Assembly (NCBI GenBank): GCA_001769275.1
Contig: MEOQ01000012.1
Location: 145,633-209,632, forward strand
Direction: 5' to 3'
Source of the DNA: Bacteroidetes bacterium GWF2_43_63
GTDB taxonomy: Bacteria; Bacteroidota; Bacteroidia; Bacteroidales; DTU049
DNA: 64,000 nucleotides
Numbering within the stretch: the first letter of the stretch is position 1; each line of letters begins with the position of its first letter. Below are positions 14,188 through 23,438 of this stretch, piece by piece. Below the pieces are notes generated by a model. The model worked only from the letters and a program-made list of their open reading frames with translations. It was not told the origin of the DNA and did not search any database. The position numbers were made by a program, and so were the translations under genes.

Positions 14188-14622
14188 CTAATTGTTGGGT
14201 ACACCGTATTTAGTCTGAAACTGATCGCGATCGGGAACCGGAACGCCATACATAGGTTGCTCCTGAATTGGGTTTGGCTCATACACCGGCGGCACACCGT
14301 ATTCACAGATGGGGCCCGGATCGACAGGAATAACCGGCGCCACATAAATGGTTGTCTGCTTTTTAGAGGCAGCAATGCTGTCTTCCCGGTCCCTGGCTTT
14401 CATTGAATCAATAATGGCTTTCAACTTTTCATTCTCGCGAAAAACAGAATCCATGCGTTGATTAACTTCAACCTGCTTTAGGGAATCTTCAGTAACGACA
14501 TTTTGCTTGTCCGAGGTGCTGCTGCATGACGAAATCATGGCGGAAAAGCTGAGCAGGGCGAGCATATTTCTGAGAATTCTGGCTCTGAGCCTGTAAATCC
14601 GATAAGCAATCCGAAGGTTCAT
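14188..14622 (-). CDS. YG-repeat lipoprotein-like small protein P5 (first gene of the array)
   Basis: 144 aa from the ATG at 14622; the ORF-track start at 14649 is a TTG. N-terminal ARILRNMLALLSFSAMISSC. C-terminal EYGVPPVYEPNPIQEQPMYGVPVPDRDQFQTKYGVPNN. Confidence 0.7.
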   Translation of the reverse strand: MNLRIAYRIYRLRARILRNMLALLSFSAMISSCSSTSDKQNVVTEDSLKQVEVNQRMDSVFRENEKLKAIIDSMKARDREDSIAASKKQTTIYVAPVIPVDPGPICEYGVPPVYEPNPIQEQPMYGVPVPDRDQFQTKYGVPNN

Positions 14623-14706
14623 GACGGTAGTTTTTGGAAGTGAGTGCAAGTTAAGATGTTTTTGGGAGAAAATTCCATAATAGTGGTCAGCTTTATGCGT
14701 TCAACG

Positions 14707-14775
14707 TTCTTCTTCAACGCTCACGATAGCAATCGTGACAGGTCGCTTTCAGCGACGCAGAGAGGTTGAAGAAGG
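14707..14775. repeat. Nested-hairpin intergenic repeat, copy B (with a 19-nt hairpin insertion)
   Basis: ttcttcttcaacgc[tcacgatagcaatcgtgac]aggtcgctttcagcgacgcagagaggttgaagaagg. The bracketed insert is itself a tcacgat/atcgtga hairpin. Confidence 0.7.
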
Positions 14776-14785
14776 AGCGGTTTTT

Positions 14786-14887
14786 CGTTACACGTTAAAG
14801 GCGTTACGCGTTACAACCGTTACACGTGACAGGCGCTCCCCGCGTTACCTTGCCCATGTCACGGAGCCGCGGGAGTGCGCGTTACGT
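14786..14887. repeat. GTTAC-rich intergenic module
   Basis: At least 6 GTTAC words. The core gcgttacgcgttacaaccgttacacgtgac (14801-14830) matches cgttacgcgttacaaacgttacgggtaacaagcgtgac at 18101-18138. Confidence 0.65.
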
Positions 14888-14973
14888 CGCCTTTATCAGC
14901 TTGATAACTTCACTCGAGATGTTCTTTGTGCTAATTCACTATCGCCTATTACCTATCGCCTGATGCCTATTGC

Positions 14974-15480
14974 CTAACGCCTTATAGCATACACCACTTC
15001 ATCGAGTAATTCGCCGTTTTTCACATAGGTTTTTTCGAAGCTGGCTTCCAGAACAAAGCCGGCTTTTTCGAGTACGCGCTGCGAGCCAATGTTGCGGCCG
15101 AAGGTGCCGGCATAGATGCGGTTAATCTCGAATGTTTTGAAGCCATACTCTACCATTTGTTTCACTGCTTCGGCCATGATGCCTTTGCCCCAGAACGGCT
15201 CTGCAAGCCAATAGCCGATTTCAGCATTGTTGCGGCGAATATCAAAACCCGGAAATATTCCAATTGAACCTACTGCTTCGCCATTAATGTCAATTGCAAA
15301 AATCCGCACTGGATGATGCTTTCGGGCCAACTTCAGAAATTTCTTTCCCGACTGCCTTGTGTAAGGGTGCGGGAACATGTCGGTCAGATTCATGGCTATG
15401 CGCGGATTGTCAGCGTATTTCAGCAGAAATTTCAGATCCGATTTTTTCCAGGGACGAAGTGAGAAGTCCATAGCAGGCAA
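14974..15480 (-). CDS. GNAT-family N-acetyltransferase (RimJ/RimL-like)
   Basis: 168 aa. IGYWLAEPFWGKGIMAEAVKQMVEYGF and RVLEKAGF are typical acetyl-CoA-binding GNAT motifs. Confidence 0.8.
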   Translation of the reverse strand: MPAMDFSLRPWKKSDLKFLLKYADNPRIAMNLTDMFPHPYTRQSGKKFLKLARKHHPVRIFAIDINGEAVGSIGIFPGFDIRRNNAEIGYWLAEPFWGKGIMAEAVKQMVEYGFKTFEINRIYAGTFGRNIGSQRVLEKAGFVLEASFEKTYVKNGELLDEVVYAIRR

Positions 15481-15493
15481 TGTTTACGACACT

Positions 15494-15501
15494 CAAAAGT
15501 A
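15494..15501 (-). promoter_or_regulatory. Candidate -7 box TACTTTTG for the GNAT gene
   Basis: Plus-strand caaaagta, 14 nt upstream of the ATG at 15480. Matches TAnnTTTG. Confidence 0.35.
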
Positions 15502-15931
15502 GAGAAATTCTGCCACGTGGGGACCAAACAATTTCTTCCGCGAATGAACGCAAATGCACGCGAAGATTTCCTTTTCCCTCAGCAGATCTTATGGACGCTA
15601 ATTAGATTCAGTCTTCACCTGTGGCGAAGACTGATTCGGTAGGGCGCAAAGAACGTTGTCGTAAGGGTACGAATGCTCAAATATTTTCGTGACATTGTGC
15701 CACTGAGGCTGACTTGGGGTGCGCGAAGACACAGAGGAAATATTTTGCGGGTGTCATTTGATTATTTTATATTTGCTATTCCGATACGGCAAGATTAAAA
15801 AAAGCAATTACGCTTATAAGCCCCACAATAATGGCTGGAAGCTGTAAATAGAAAGGGAATAGACAAATTTGGCCGATATTAATATATGTCCGGGAGTTAT
15901 GTTTTATTTAAAACCACTTAAATTTAAAACT

Positions 15932-16837
15932 ATGAAACAAACATTGATTTTCCTTTTGATCGTTTTACTTTTTGCTGGATGTAAAAAAGAAAAATATGGG
16001 AATTTAAAGCAGCAAATAAAATTAACCACAGCACAACAGAATCGAAGTGGCAAATCTATGAAAAGCACACAAGAATTGCGTTACACGCAATTTGGAGATT
16101 TTATCACCAGCATTACACCGTCAAGTTTTATTGGTGAATTTGATTGGTTTGCCTATTATTACATGAATGCAAATGAGGATTATATGACACTCATAGATCT
16201 GACGCACAATGAAGGATTGACTGCTGATTTTTCCAATAATGCCACAATCCCGGTTATACCCATGCTAGGCGGTAGCGTATATGAGAATGCGGATGGAGAG
16301 GGAGAATATTTTAAACATGATGTTACTTTTAAAAAATTGGTAATTCAGATGAATTTAAAACAAGTAATTGAATTACCCTCTGAATACAGCGATGTTCATT
16401 TAATTCAATTTGATATTGATGGAGGAAGTTTTGCTCAACAAAACGGGAATATTCTAACAACAGAAATCTACCCCCTGAATCAAGCCGTTGAAGAATTAAA
16501 AGTGTTTTACCCATCTATTTGGATGGTTTTTGGAGGGACTGACAGTACGTATATTGACAGCTGCCAAATAATTGAGGGGCTTAATATGTTTCCTACATAT
16601 CAAATTAAAAGCAATAAATTTACTGAATGGACTTTGACGCCACCACTGCCTGAACAAACAAAAACAATTGTTTCGACTTTGGGGTTCAACAATGATAATA
16701 TCATTCATATTTACGCTGGTGCCGATAATATTCCATATACCAGTGACGATGTGATCGTATTAGAACCAAATTTTTGGGAAAGAATTTATTCGGAAGTAGA
16801 AATCACTCTGGGCACAACCTCGCCCAATACCAATTGA
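15932..16837 (+). CDS. Hypothetical lipoprotein
   Basis: Start moved to MKQTLIFLLIVLLFAGCKKEK (lipobox). I recognise no family. Confidence 0.5.
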   Translation: MKQTLIFLLIVLLFAGCKKEKYGNLKQQIKLTTAQQNRSGKSMKSTQELRYTQFGDFITSITPSSFIGEFDWFAYYYMNANEDYMTLIDLTHNEGLTADFSNNATIPVIPMLGGSVYENADGEGEYFKHDVTFKKLVIQMNLKQVIELPSEYSDVHLIQFDIDGGSFAQQNGNILTTEIYPLNQAVEELKVFYPSIWMVFGGTDSTYIDSCQIIEGLNMFPTYQIKSNKFTEWTLTPPLPEQTKTIVSTLGFNNDNIIHIYAGADNIPYTSDDVIVLEPNFWERIYSEVEITLGTTSPNTN

Positions 16838-16954
16838 TGTGGGGGTTCAGTGATTTGGAGCGTTCGTGTCCCGAAAAATGCTTAGGCATCTGACGGGCTT
16901 TCGCACTATAATTACGCACGACACCATGCAGTCAGACGCTAATTCATTAATCCC

Positions 16955-18044
16955 CTACGCTCTCCCAAACTGCATCAGATAGGCTTTGATAAACCCTTGA
17001 ATGTCTCCATCGAGAACGCCCTGGGTGTCGGAAGTTTCATAACTGGTTCTGTTGTCTTTCACCATGCGGTACGGATGCAGCACGTAGCTGCGGATTTGAG
17101 AGCCCCACTCGATTTTCTTTTTGCTGCTTTCGATGGCGTCAATGGCTTCGCGTTTTTTGCGTAGCTCCAGTTCGTACAATTGCGATTTCAACATCTGGAT
17201 TGCCTTTTCGCGGTTCTGAAGCTGAGAGCGCGTTACCTGGCATTCGACCACAATGCCCGAAGGCGCGTGGCGCACACGAACGGCAGTTTCGACTTTGTTC
17301 ACATTCTGACCGCCGGGGCCAGAGCTGCGAAAGGTGTCCCAATCGAGATCGGCCGGATTGAGGACTATATCAATATTGTCATCAACCACAGGGTAAGCAT
17401 ATACCGATGCAAACGAAGTGTGACGGCGCTCATTGGCATCGAATGGTGAAAGCCGCACCAGACGGTGAACACCGCTCTCGCTCTTCAAATAGCCGAATGC
17501 ATAATCGCCTTCGATTTCGAGTGAGCATGATTTAATTCCAGCTACATCGCCGGCCTGCATGTCGAGTTCGGTAACTTTAAAGTTATTTCGTTCGGCCCAT
17601 CGCATGTACATCCGCATGAGCATCTCGGCCCAATCCTGGCTCTCAGTGCCGCCTGCACCTGAGTTGATGGTGATAATGGAGCTGAGTTTATCTTCTTCGC
17701 CGCTGAGCATATTAAAAAACTCAAGTTCCTCAATCGCTGTCTGGGCAACAGAAAAAGTCTGATCGAACTCTTCCTGGCTCATGTCGCCACTGGCTAGAAA
17801 TTCGAGTGCAACCTCCAATTCATCAACAGCCATTGTAACGTTGTCGTAGCGGGTAATCCAGGATTTTTTTTCGCTAAGAATTTTTAGAAATTTCTCAGCT
17901 TCTTTAGGGTTGTCCCAAAAATCAGGAGCTAAAGTCTTTTTTTCATTTTCTTCGAAATCAGGTCTTCTTTGATCGATGTCAAAGGAACCTCCTCAGAGCG
18001 TTGTGGCGCTCCTTCAATGTCTTTACGTCGTCTTTTCCAGCCAT
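16955..18044 (-). CDS. prfB: Peptide chain release factor 2, expressed through a programmed +1 frameshift
   Basis: The ORF-track part carries SPF (LSPFDANERRHTSF) and GGQ (GPGGQNVNK). Hand translation upstream gives frame 0 MAGKDDVKTLKERHNALRRFL-TGA. The +1 frame then continues DIDQRRPDFEENEKKTLAPDFWDNPKEAEKFL... into the main ORF without any stop. Confidence 0.93.
17978..17993 (-). promoter_or_regulatory. prfB recoding signal: AGGAGG-N3-CTT TGA C
   Basis: The minus strand reads aggaggttcctttgac. The SD-like AGGAGG (plus 17988-17993) lies 3 nt before the slippery CTT (17982-17984) and the in-frame TGA (17979-17981) followed by C. This matches the classical E. coli prfB site. Confidence 0.9.
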
Positions 18045-18060
18045 GGTGGTAGATTTTGTG

Positions 18061-18068
18061 CAAAGATA
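18061..18068 (-). promoter_or_regulatory. Candidate -7 box TATCTTTG for prfB
   Basis: Plus-strand caaagata, 17 nt upstream of the ATG at 18044. Confidence 0.4.
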
Positions 18069-18073
18069 AGAAA

Positions 18074-18138
18074 TAGTGGCCAGTTGTGAGTTTTAGCTTT
18101 CGTTACGCGTTACAAACGTTACGGGTAACAAGCGTGAC
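18074..18138. repeat. Mosaic spacer: TAGTGG module (18074-18090) plus GTTAC-rich module (18101-18138)
   Basis: Direct sequence matches to 7041-7057 and to 14801-14830. Confidence 0.6.
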
Positions 18139-18178
18139 AAATAGCTGTCGGCTCTGAGAAGGAGCTGAGAAGGTTGTA

Positions 18179-18225
18179 TTTCTTTAACGCACTCAGGTCG
18201 CTTTGCGACGCAGAGAGGTTAAAGA
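18179..18225. repeat. Nested-hairpin intergenic repeat, copy C
   Basis: Sequence ttctttaacgcactcaggtcgctttgcgacgcagagaggttaaagaa. The arms carry compensatory changes (TTTAAC/GTTAAA versus TTCAAC/GTTGAA). Confidence 0.7.
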
Positions 18226-18309
18226 ATGAGCTGAGGAGTTACGATGGTAACTCAAAACAGAGTTGCTGAACTTGCAGGAATTAGTATTTTTACAAAAACA
18301 AAAACTGTT

Positions 18310-18666
18310 ATGAGTAAATTTCAAGACTTTTTCCCGGGGGAAAACATCCTGTCCGAAGAACAGGGCTTTTACGTGAAGGGCATTCTGAATGCAAAAACCG
18401 GAACGATCGTTATGACCGACAAGCGTGTTGCTTTTGTGGAACAGAAAATGGTTCCCGGCGGCGGATTACTGGTGAGGGCAGCTGTTGAGGTTTCCGGTGT
18501 GAAGCGGCCAAAGCTGAAAGTAGATGTTCCATTCGAAGAAATGGATTCCTGGGAACATCCAAAAAAGCATGATATCCGCATTAAAAACAAGGCTGGAGAG
18601 CAATTCACACTGCGGCCTGTGAAATACGATGTATGGGATGCAAAGCTGAAAGAGCTGAAAAAATAA
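18310..18666 (+). CDS. Hypothetical protein, possibly PH/GRAM-like fold
   Basis: Start moved to MSKFQDFFPGENIL. GTIVMTDKRVAFVEQK resembles bacterial PH/GRAM-like domains. This is a weak call. Confidence 0.4.
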   Translation: MSKFQDFFPGENILSEEQGFYVKGILNAKTGTIVMTDKRVAFVEQKMVPGGGLLVRAAVEVSGVKRPKLKVDVPFEEMDSWEHPKKHDIRIKNKAGEQFTLRPVKYDVWDAKLKELKK

Positions 18667-18669
18667 TTA

Positions 18670-18697
18670 AAAAAGGGACAAAATTTTGTCCCTTTTT
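18670..18697. terminator. Bidirectional rho-independent terminator between convergent genes
   Basis: aaaaagggacaaaattttgtccctttttt has an 8-bp stem (GGGACAAA/TTTGTCCC) flanked by an A-run and a T-run. Confidence 0.75.
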
Positions 18698-18702
18698 TAA
18701 AA

Positions 18703-19443
18703 TCAGTTTTTCGGCTTCACTTCAAGCCATCGAGTGGCTTTTACGACAAAGCGAACGAAGAGGTATATCAGCAGGGCCGCGCCCAGTCCTATCATCCATT
18801 CAATATCGAGCATCGGTTCTTTTGTGTAGAAAAGATGTTTAAGAAAATTGATGATGGCGAAGGAGAGAATGGTAGCGAAGAATCCGTGATACTCGCGGCG
18901 CATAACACTGCGCCAGTTGAAGCTGCGTCCAGTTTTTATATAACCGCTGCATTTCGGAAAAAATGCTGGTGTTTTTGCAGCCCAGTCTTCGAATTCCTGA
19001 CCGAATTTTTCACCGATGAAGCGTTCTTCGGCAAACATAATTCGTTCGTAATAAATCCAGAAAAAGAACACGGCAAATATCAGAAACTCCCAGCTGCCGA
19101 CGTAAATAATCAGGCCGAGCCACATCAGAAAATTGCCCAGATAGAGCGGATGACGCACCACTGAATACAATCCGGTAGTATTAATGGTATCGGCAATCTG
19201 CTTCCCGGTGTTGCGGCCCGATGTCCCGCGCGGCGCGTATCCAATGGCAATGACACGTACAATCATCCCAATTACAGAAACACCGAGGCAGATCAAACTC
19301 CACCAGTATTCCTGATACGGAATAAATTCATCATTATCGAGCCAGATGGCCAACGCTGCAAAAACATAGAGTACAAGCGGGACGTAACTTCTGTACTTGA
19401 AAAGGCGGTTGCCGCTCTTTTCAAATTCCCTGATCATTGACAT
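18703..19443 (-). CDS. Isoprenylcysteine carboxyl methyltransferase (ICMT/PEMT)-family membrane methyltransferase
   Basis: Multi-TM protein with GLYSVVRHPLYLGNFLMWLG, typical of this family. Confidence 0.6.
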   Translation of the reverse strand: MSMIREFEKSGNRLFKYRSYVPLVLYVFAALAIWLDNDEFIPYQEYWWSLICLGVSVIGMIVRVIAIGYAPRGTSGRNTGKQIADTINTTGLYSVVRHPLYLGNFLMWLGLIIYVGSWEFLIFAVFFFWIYYERIMFAEERFIGEKFGQEFEDWAAKTPAFFPKCSGYIKTGRSFNWRSVMRREYHGFFATILSFAIINFLKHLFYTKEPMLDIEWMIGLGAALLIYLFVRFVVKATRWLEVKPKN

Positions 19444-19457
19444 AGGCGGGACTTGTT

Positions 19458-20816
<1,359 letters not shown>

Positions 20817-20829
20817 TCAGTACCCTCAA

Positions 20830-21381
20830 TTATTTCTCAGCGCTGTCGCTTTCCGGAGCCTGTTCTTCTGCAGGTTTTTCTTCAGCAACTTCCTCGGCTT
20901 TCACCTCTTCAGCTTTAGGCTGTTTGGCTTCAACCACCGGAGCTTCGTCCGTCTTTTTCACTTTCGAACGACGGGTGCGACCTGTAGTAGTTTTCTTAGC
21001 TTCTTTCGTACCGAGCATGGCTTCGTTGTAATCCACCAGTTCCATCATGCACATTTCAGCGTTGTCGCCGGCGCGCATGTCAGTTTTCAGAATACGTGTG
21101 TATCCACCCGGACGATCAGCAACTTTATTTGCCACATCGTGGAAGAGTTCTTTTACAGCTTCTTTGTCCTGCAGATATTTGAAAGCCATACGACGATGGT
21201 GCATAGAATCATCCTTCGAGAGGGTGATAACAGGTTCTACGAAACTGCGCAGCGCTTTAGCTTTCTGCACAGTAGTAGTAATGCGTTTATGCAGGATCAG
21301 CGAACAAGCCATGTTTGTCAACATAGCTTCGCGGTGAGCCGTTTTTCTTCCAAGCTTATTAAATCCGTGTTTGTGTCTCAT
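20830..21381 (-). CDS. rplQ: 50S ribosomal protein L17 with a roughly 60-aa K/E/A-rich C-terminal extension
   Basis: [21 protein letters not shown]..., positioned after rpoA. Confidence 0.95.
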   Translation of the reverse strand: MRHKHGFNKLGRKTAHREAMLTNMACSLILHKRITTTVQKAKALRSFVEPVITLSKDDSMHHRRMAFKYLQDKEAVKELFHDVANKVADRPGGYTRILKTDMRAGDNAEMCMMELVDYNEAMLGTKEAKKTTTGRTRRSKVKKTDEAPVVEAKQPKAEEVKAEEVAEEKPAEEQAPESDSAEK

Positions 21382-21386
21382 CTCGG

Positions 21387-22379
21387 TTAATCCTTATCCA
21401 GTTTATATTTTGAAACATTCATTCCGAAGTGCAGGTTTTTCGATTTCACCAGTTCTTCAAGTTCAGCCAGTGATTTCTTACCAAAATTCCTGAATTTCAG
21501 AAGGTCATTTTTATTGTAGGAAACAAGTTCACCCAGTGTTTCTACGTCAGCAGCCTTGAGGCAGTTGAGAGCGCGGACACTGAGATCCATATCCGACAAT
21601 TTGGTTTTGAGCAGATGACGCATGTGGAGATAATCTTCATCAAAATCATCAACAACGGCTTTCTCTGTAGGTTCGATATCAATTTTATCGTCAGAGAAAA
21701 GCACGAAATGCTGAATAAGAATTGAAGAAGCGTCTTTCAGTGCATCTTTAGGGAGAATAGATCCGTCGGTCTGAATTGTCAGAACAAGTTTTTCGTAGTC
21801 AGTTTTCTGTTCAACGCGGAAATTCTCTATGTCGTAATTCACATTGGTGATAGGCGTGAAAGTAGCATCCATTGCAATATAGCCAATGTTTTCGGTAGCC
21901 GGTTTAAGATCTTCGGCAGCAACATAACCACGGCCTTTCTCTATATTCAGCTCAAAGCTCAGCTTTACGGTCGGGTCGAGGTGGCAGATCACGAGATCCG
22001 GATTGAGAACCTGAAATCCCGAAAGGAATTTATTAAGGTCACCGGCAGTGACAACTTCCTGGCCTTGAAAAACAGCATTTACATGCTCAGAATTGAGTTC
22101 TTCAATCTGGCGTTTCAGGCGGACCTGCTTGAGATTAAGAATGATGTCGACCATGTCTTCTACAACACCAGGTATGGTGGAGAATTCATGCAGGACATTG
22201 TCAAATTTCACACCGGTGATGCTAAAGCCTTCGAGCGAAGAGAGCAAAATACGACGAAGGGCATTACCAATGGTTATGCCGTAGCCCGGTTCAAGAGGTC
22301 TGAATTCAAACACTCCCTTACGTTCGTCGGATTCGAGCTGAATGACTTTATCCGGTTTTTGGAAATTAAGTATGGCCAT
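21387..22379 (-). CDS. rpoA: DNA-directed RNA polymerase subunit alpha
   Basis: 330 aa. [14 protein letters not shown] motif, plus operon position. Confidence 0.96.
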   Translation of the reverse strand: MAILNFQKPDKVIQLESDERKGVFEFRPLEPGYGITIGNALRRILLSSLEGFSITGVKFDNVLHEFSTIPGVVEDMVDIILNLKQVRLKRQIEELNSEHVNAVFQGQEVVTAGDLNKFLSGFQVLNPDLVICHLDPTVKLSFELNIEKGRGYVAAEDLKPATENIGYIAMDATFTPITNVNYDIENFRVEQKTDYEKLVLTIQTDGSILPKDALKDASSILIQHFVLFSDDKIDIEPTEKAVVDDFDEDYLHMRHLLKTKLSDMDLSVRALNCLKAADVETLGELVSYNKNDLLKFRNFGKKSLAELEELVKSKNLHFGMNVSKYKLDKD

Positions 22380-22397
22380 AGTTTGAATTTATGGTTG

Positions 22398-23003
22398 TTA
22401 TTTGTTGTACAATTCAACGATCAGCTGCTCATTGATGTTTTCAGGAATGGCTTCACGTTCCGGGTAATTCAGGAATTTGCCAGACATTTTTTCTCCGTCC
22501 CATTCGAGCCAGCTGTAACTATTATTATGTCCACTCAGCGAATCGGAAATGATTTCAAGGTTTTTCGATTTCTCGCGCACCGAAACCACATCACCCACTT
22601 TCAGTAAATATGAAGGCACATTTACAACTTTACCGTTTACTTCGATATGCTTGTGGCTTACGAGCTGGCGGGCGCCATCGCGGGTTTTACCAATACCTAA
22701 ACGATAAACAGTGTTGTCGAGACGTGATTCGATAAACTGAAGCAGTTTTTCACCAGTAACACCTTTTTTGGTTGAAGCAAGGAGGAACAATTTTTTGAAT
22801 TGGCGCTCCAAAATACCATAGGTATACTTGGCTTTTTGTTTTTCCGCAAGCTGAACACCATATTCAGAAACTTTTCTTCTGCGTTTGGTCTGTCCGTGCA
22901 TTCCCGGCGGATATTTTTTCTTTTCTAAAAATTTGTCATGACCGTAAATAGGTTCCTGGAACTTACGGGCAATTCTTGACTTCGGTCCGATATATCTTGC
23001 CAT
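22398..23003 (-). CDS. rpsD: 30S ribosomal protein S4
   Basis: [15 protein letters not shown]... Confidence 0.96.
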   Translation of the reverse strand: MARYIGPKSRIARKFQEPIYGHDKFLEKKKYPPGMHGQTKRRRKVSEYGVQLAEKQKAKYTYGILERQFKKLFLLASTKKGVTGEKLLQFIESRLDNTVYRLGIGKTRDGARQLVSHKHIEVNGKVVNVPSYLLKVGDVVSVREKSKNLEIISDSLSGHNNSYSWLEWDGEKMSGKFLNYPEREAIPENINEQLIVELYNK

Positions 23004-23026
23004 ATCTTGATTTTTTCTTCAGTTAA

Positions 23027-23416
23027 TTAAACCCTTCTGCGTTTCGGAGGACGGCAGCCATTGTGAGGAATAGGAGTAACATCGACAATTTCAGTTACTT
23101 CAATCCCGGCACCATGAATGCTACGGACGGCACTTTCGCGTCCTGATCCAGGGCCGCACACATACACCTTCACCTTACGCAAACCAGCATCGAAAGCGAC
23201 TTTTGCGCAATCTTCAGCTGAAACCTGCGCTGCATAGGGAGTGTTTTTCTTGCTACCCCTGAAACCCATTTTCCCTGCTGACGACCAGGAAATAACCTGT
23301 CCGTCTTCGTTGGTCAACGAAATAATGATATTGTTGAAGGAGGCCTTCACATATGCATTTCCGAAAGGTTCAACCTTAACCTTACGCTTTCTGACCGTTT
23401 TAGTTTGTTTTGCCAT
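23027..23416 (-). CDS. rpsK: 30S ribosomal protein S11
   Basis: ...[11 protein letters not shown]...[14 protein letters not shown]... Confidence 0.96.
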   Translation of the reverse strand: MAKQTKTVRKRKVKVEPFGNAYVKASFNNIIISLTNEDGQVISWSSAGKMGFRGSKKNTPYAAQVSAEDCAKVAFDAGLRKVKVYVCGPGSGRESAVRSIHGAGIEVTEIVDVTPIPHNGCRPPKRRRV

Positions 23417-23438
23417 ATCTGGATATTTTCAATTTTTA

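Noticed and set aside
15481-15931. The 450-nt non-coding spacer, examined for a tRNA, small RNA or small gene.
   Set aside because: No cloverleaf-compatible acceptor and T-arm pairing was found, and no convincing ORF. It contains a hairpin (tcagtcttc..gaagactga, about 15617-15645) and word fragments (cgcgaag, acgcaaa, cacagagg) resembling the degenerate intergenic repeat vocabulary. I cannot support a specific feature.
21981-22607. Long antisense ORFs inside the ribosomal operon and large genes (21981-22607, 28766-29179, 30544-31236, 39859-40485, 45799-46197).
   Set aside because: All lie opposite unmistakable conserved genes (rpoA/rpsD, rpsH/rpsN, rpsQ/rpmC/rplP, the PorU-like gene, the ABC ATPase). 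They are typical shadow frames.
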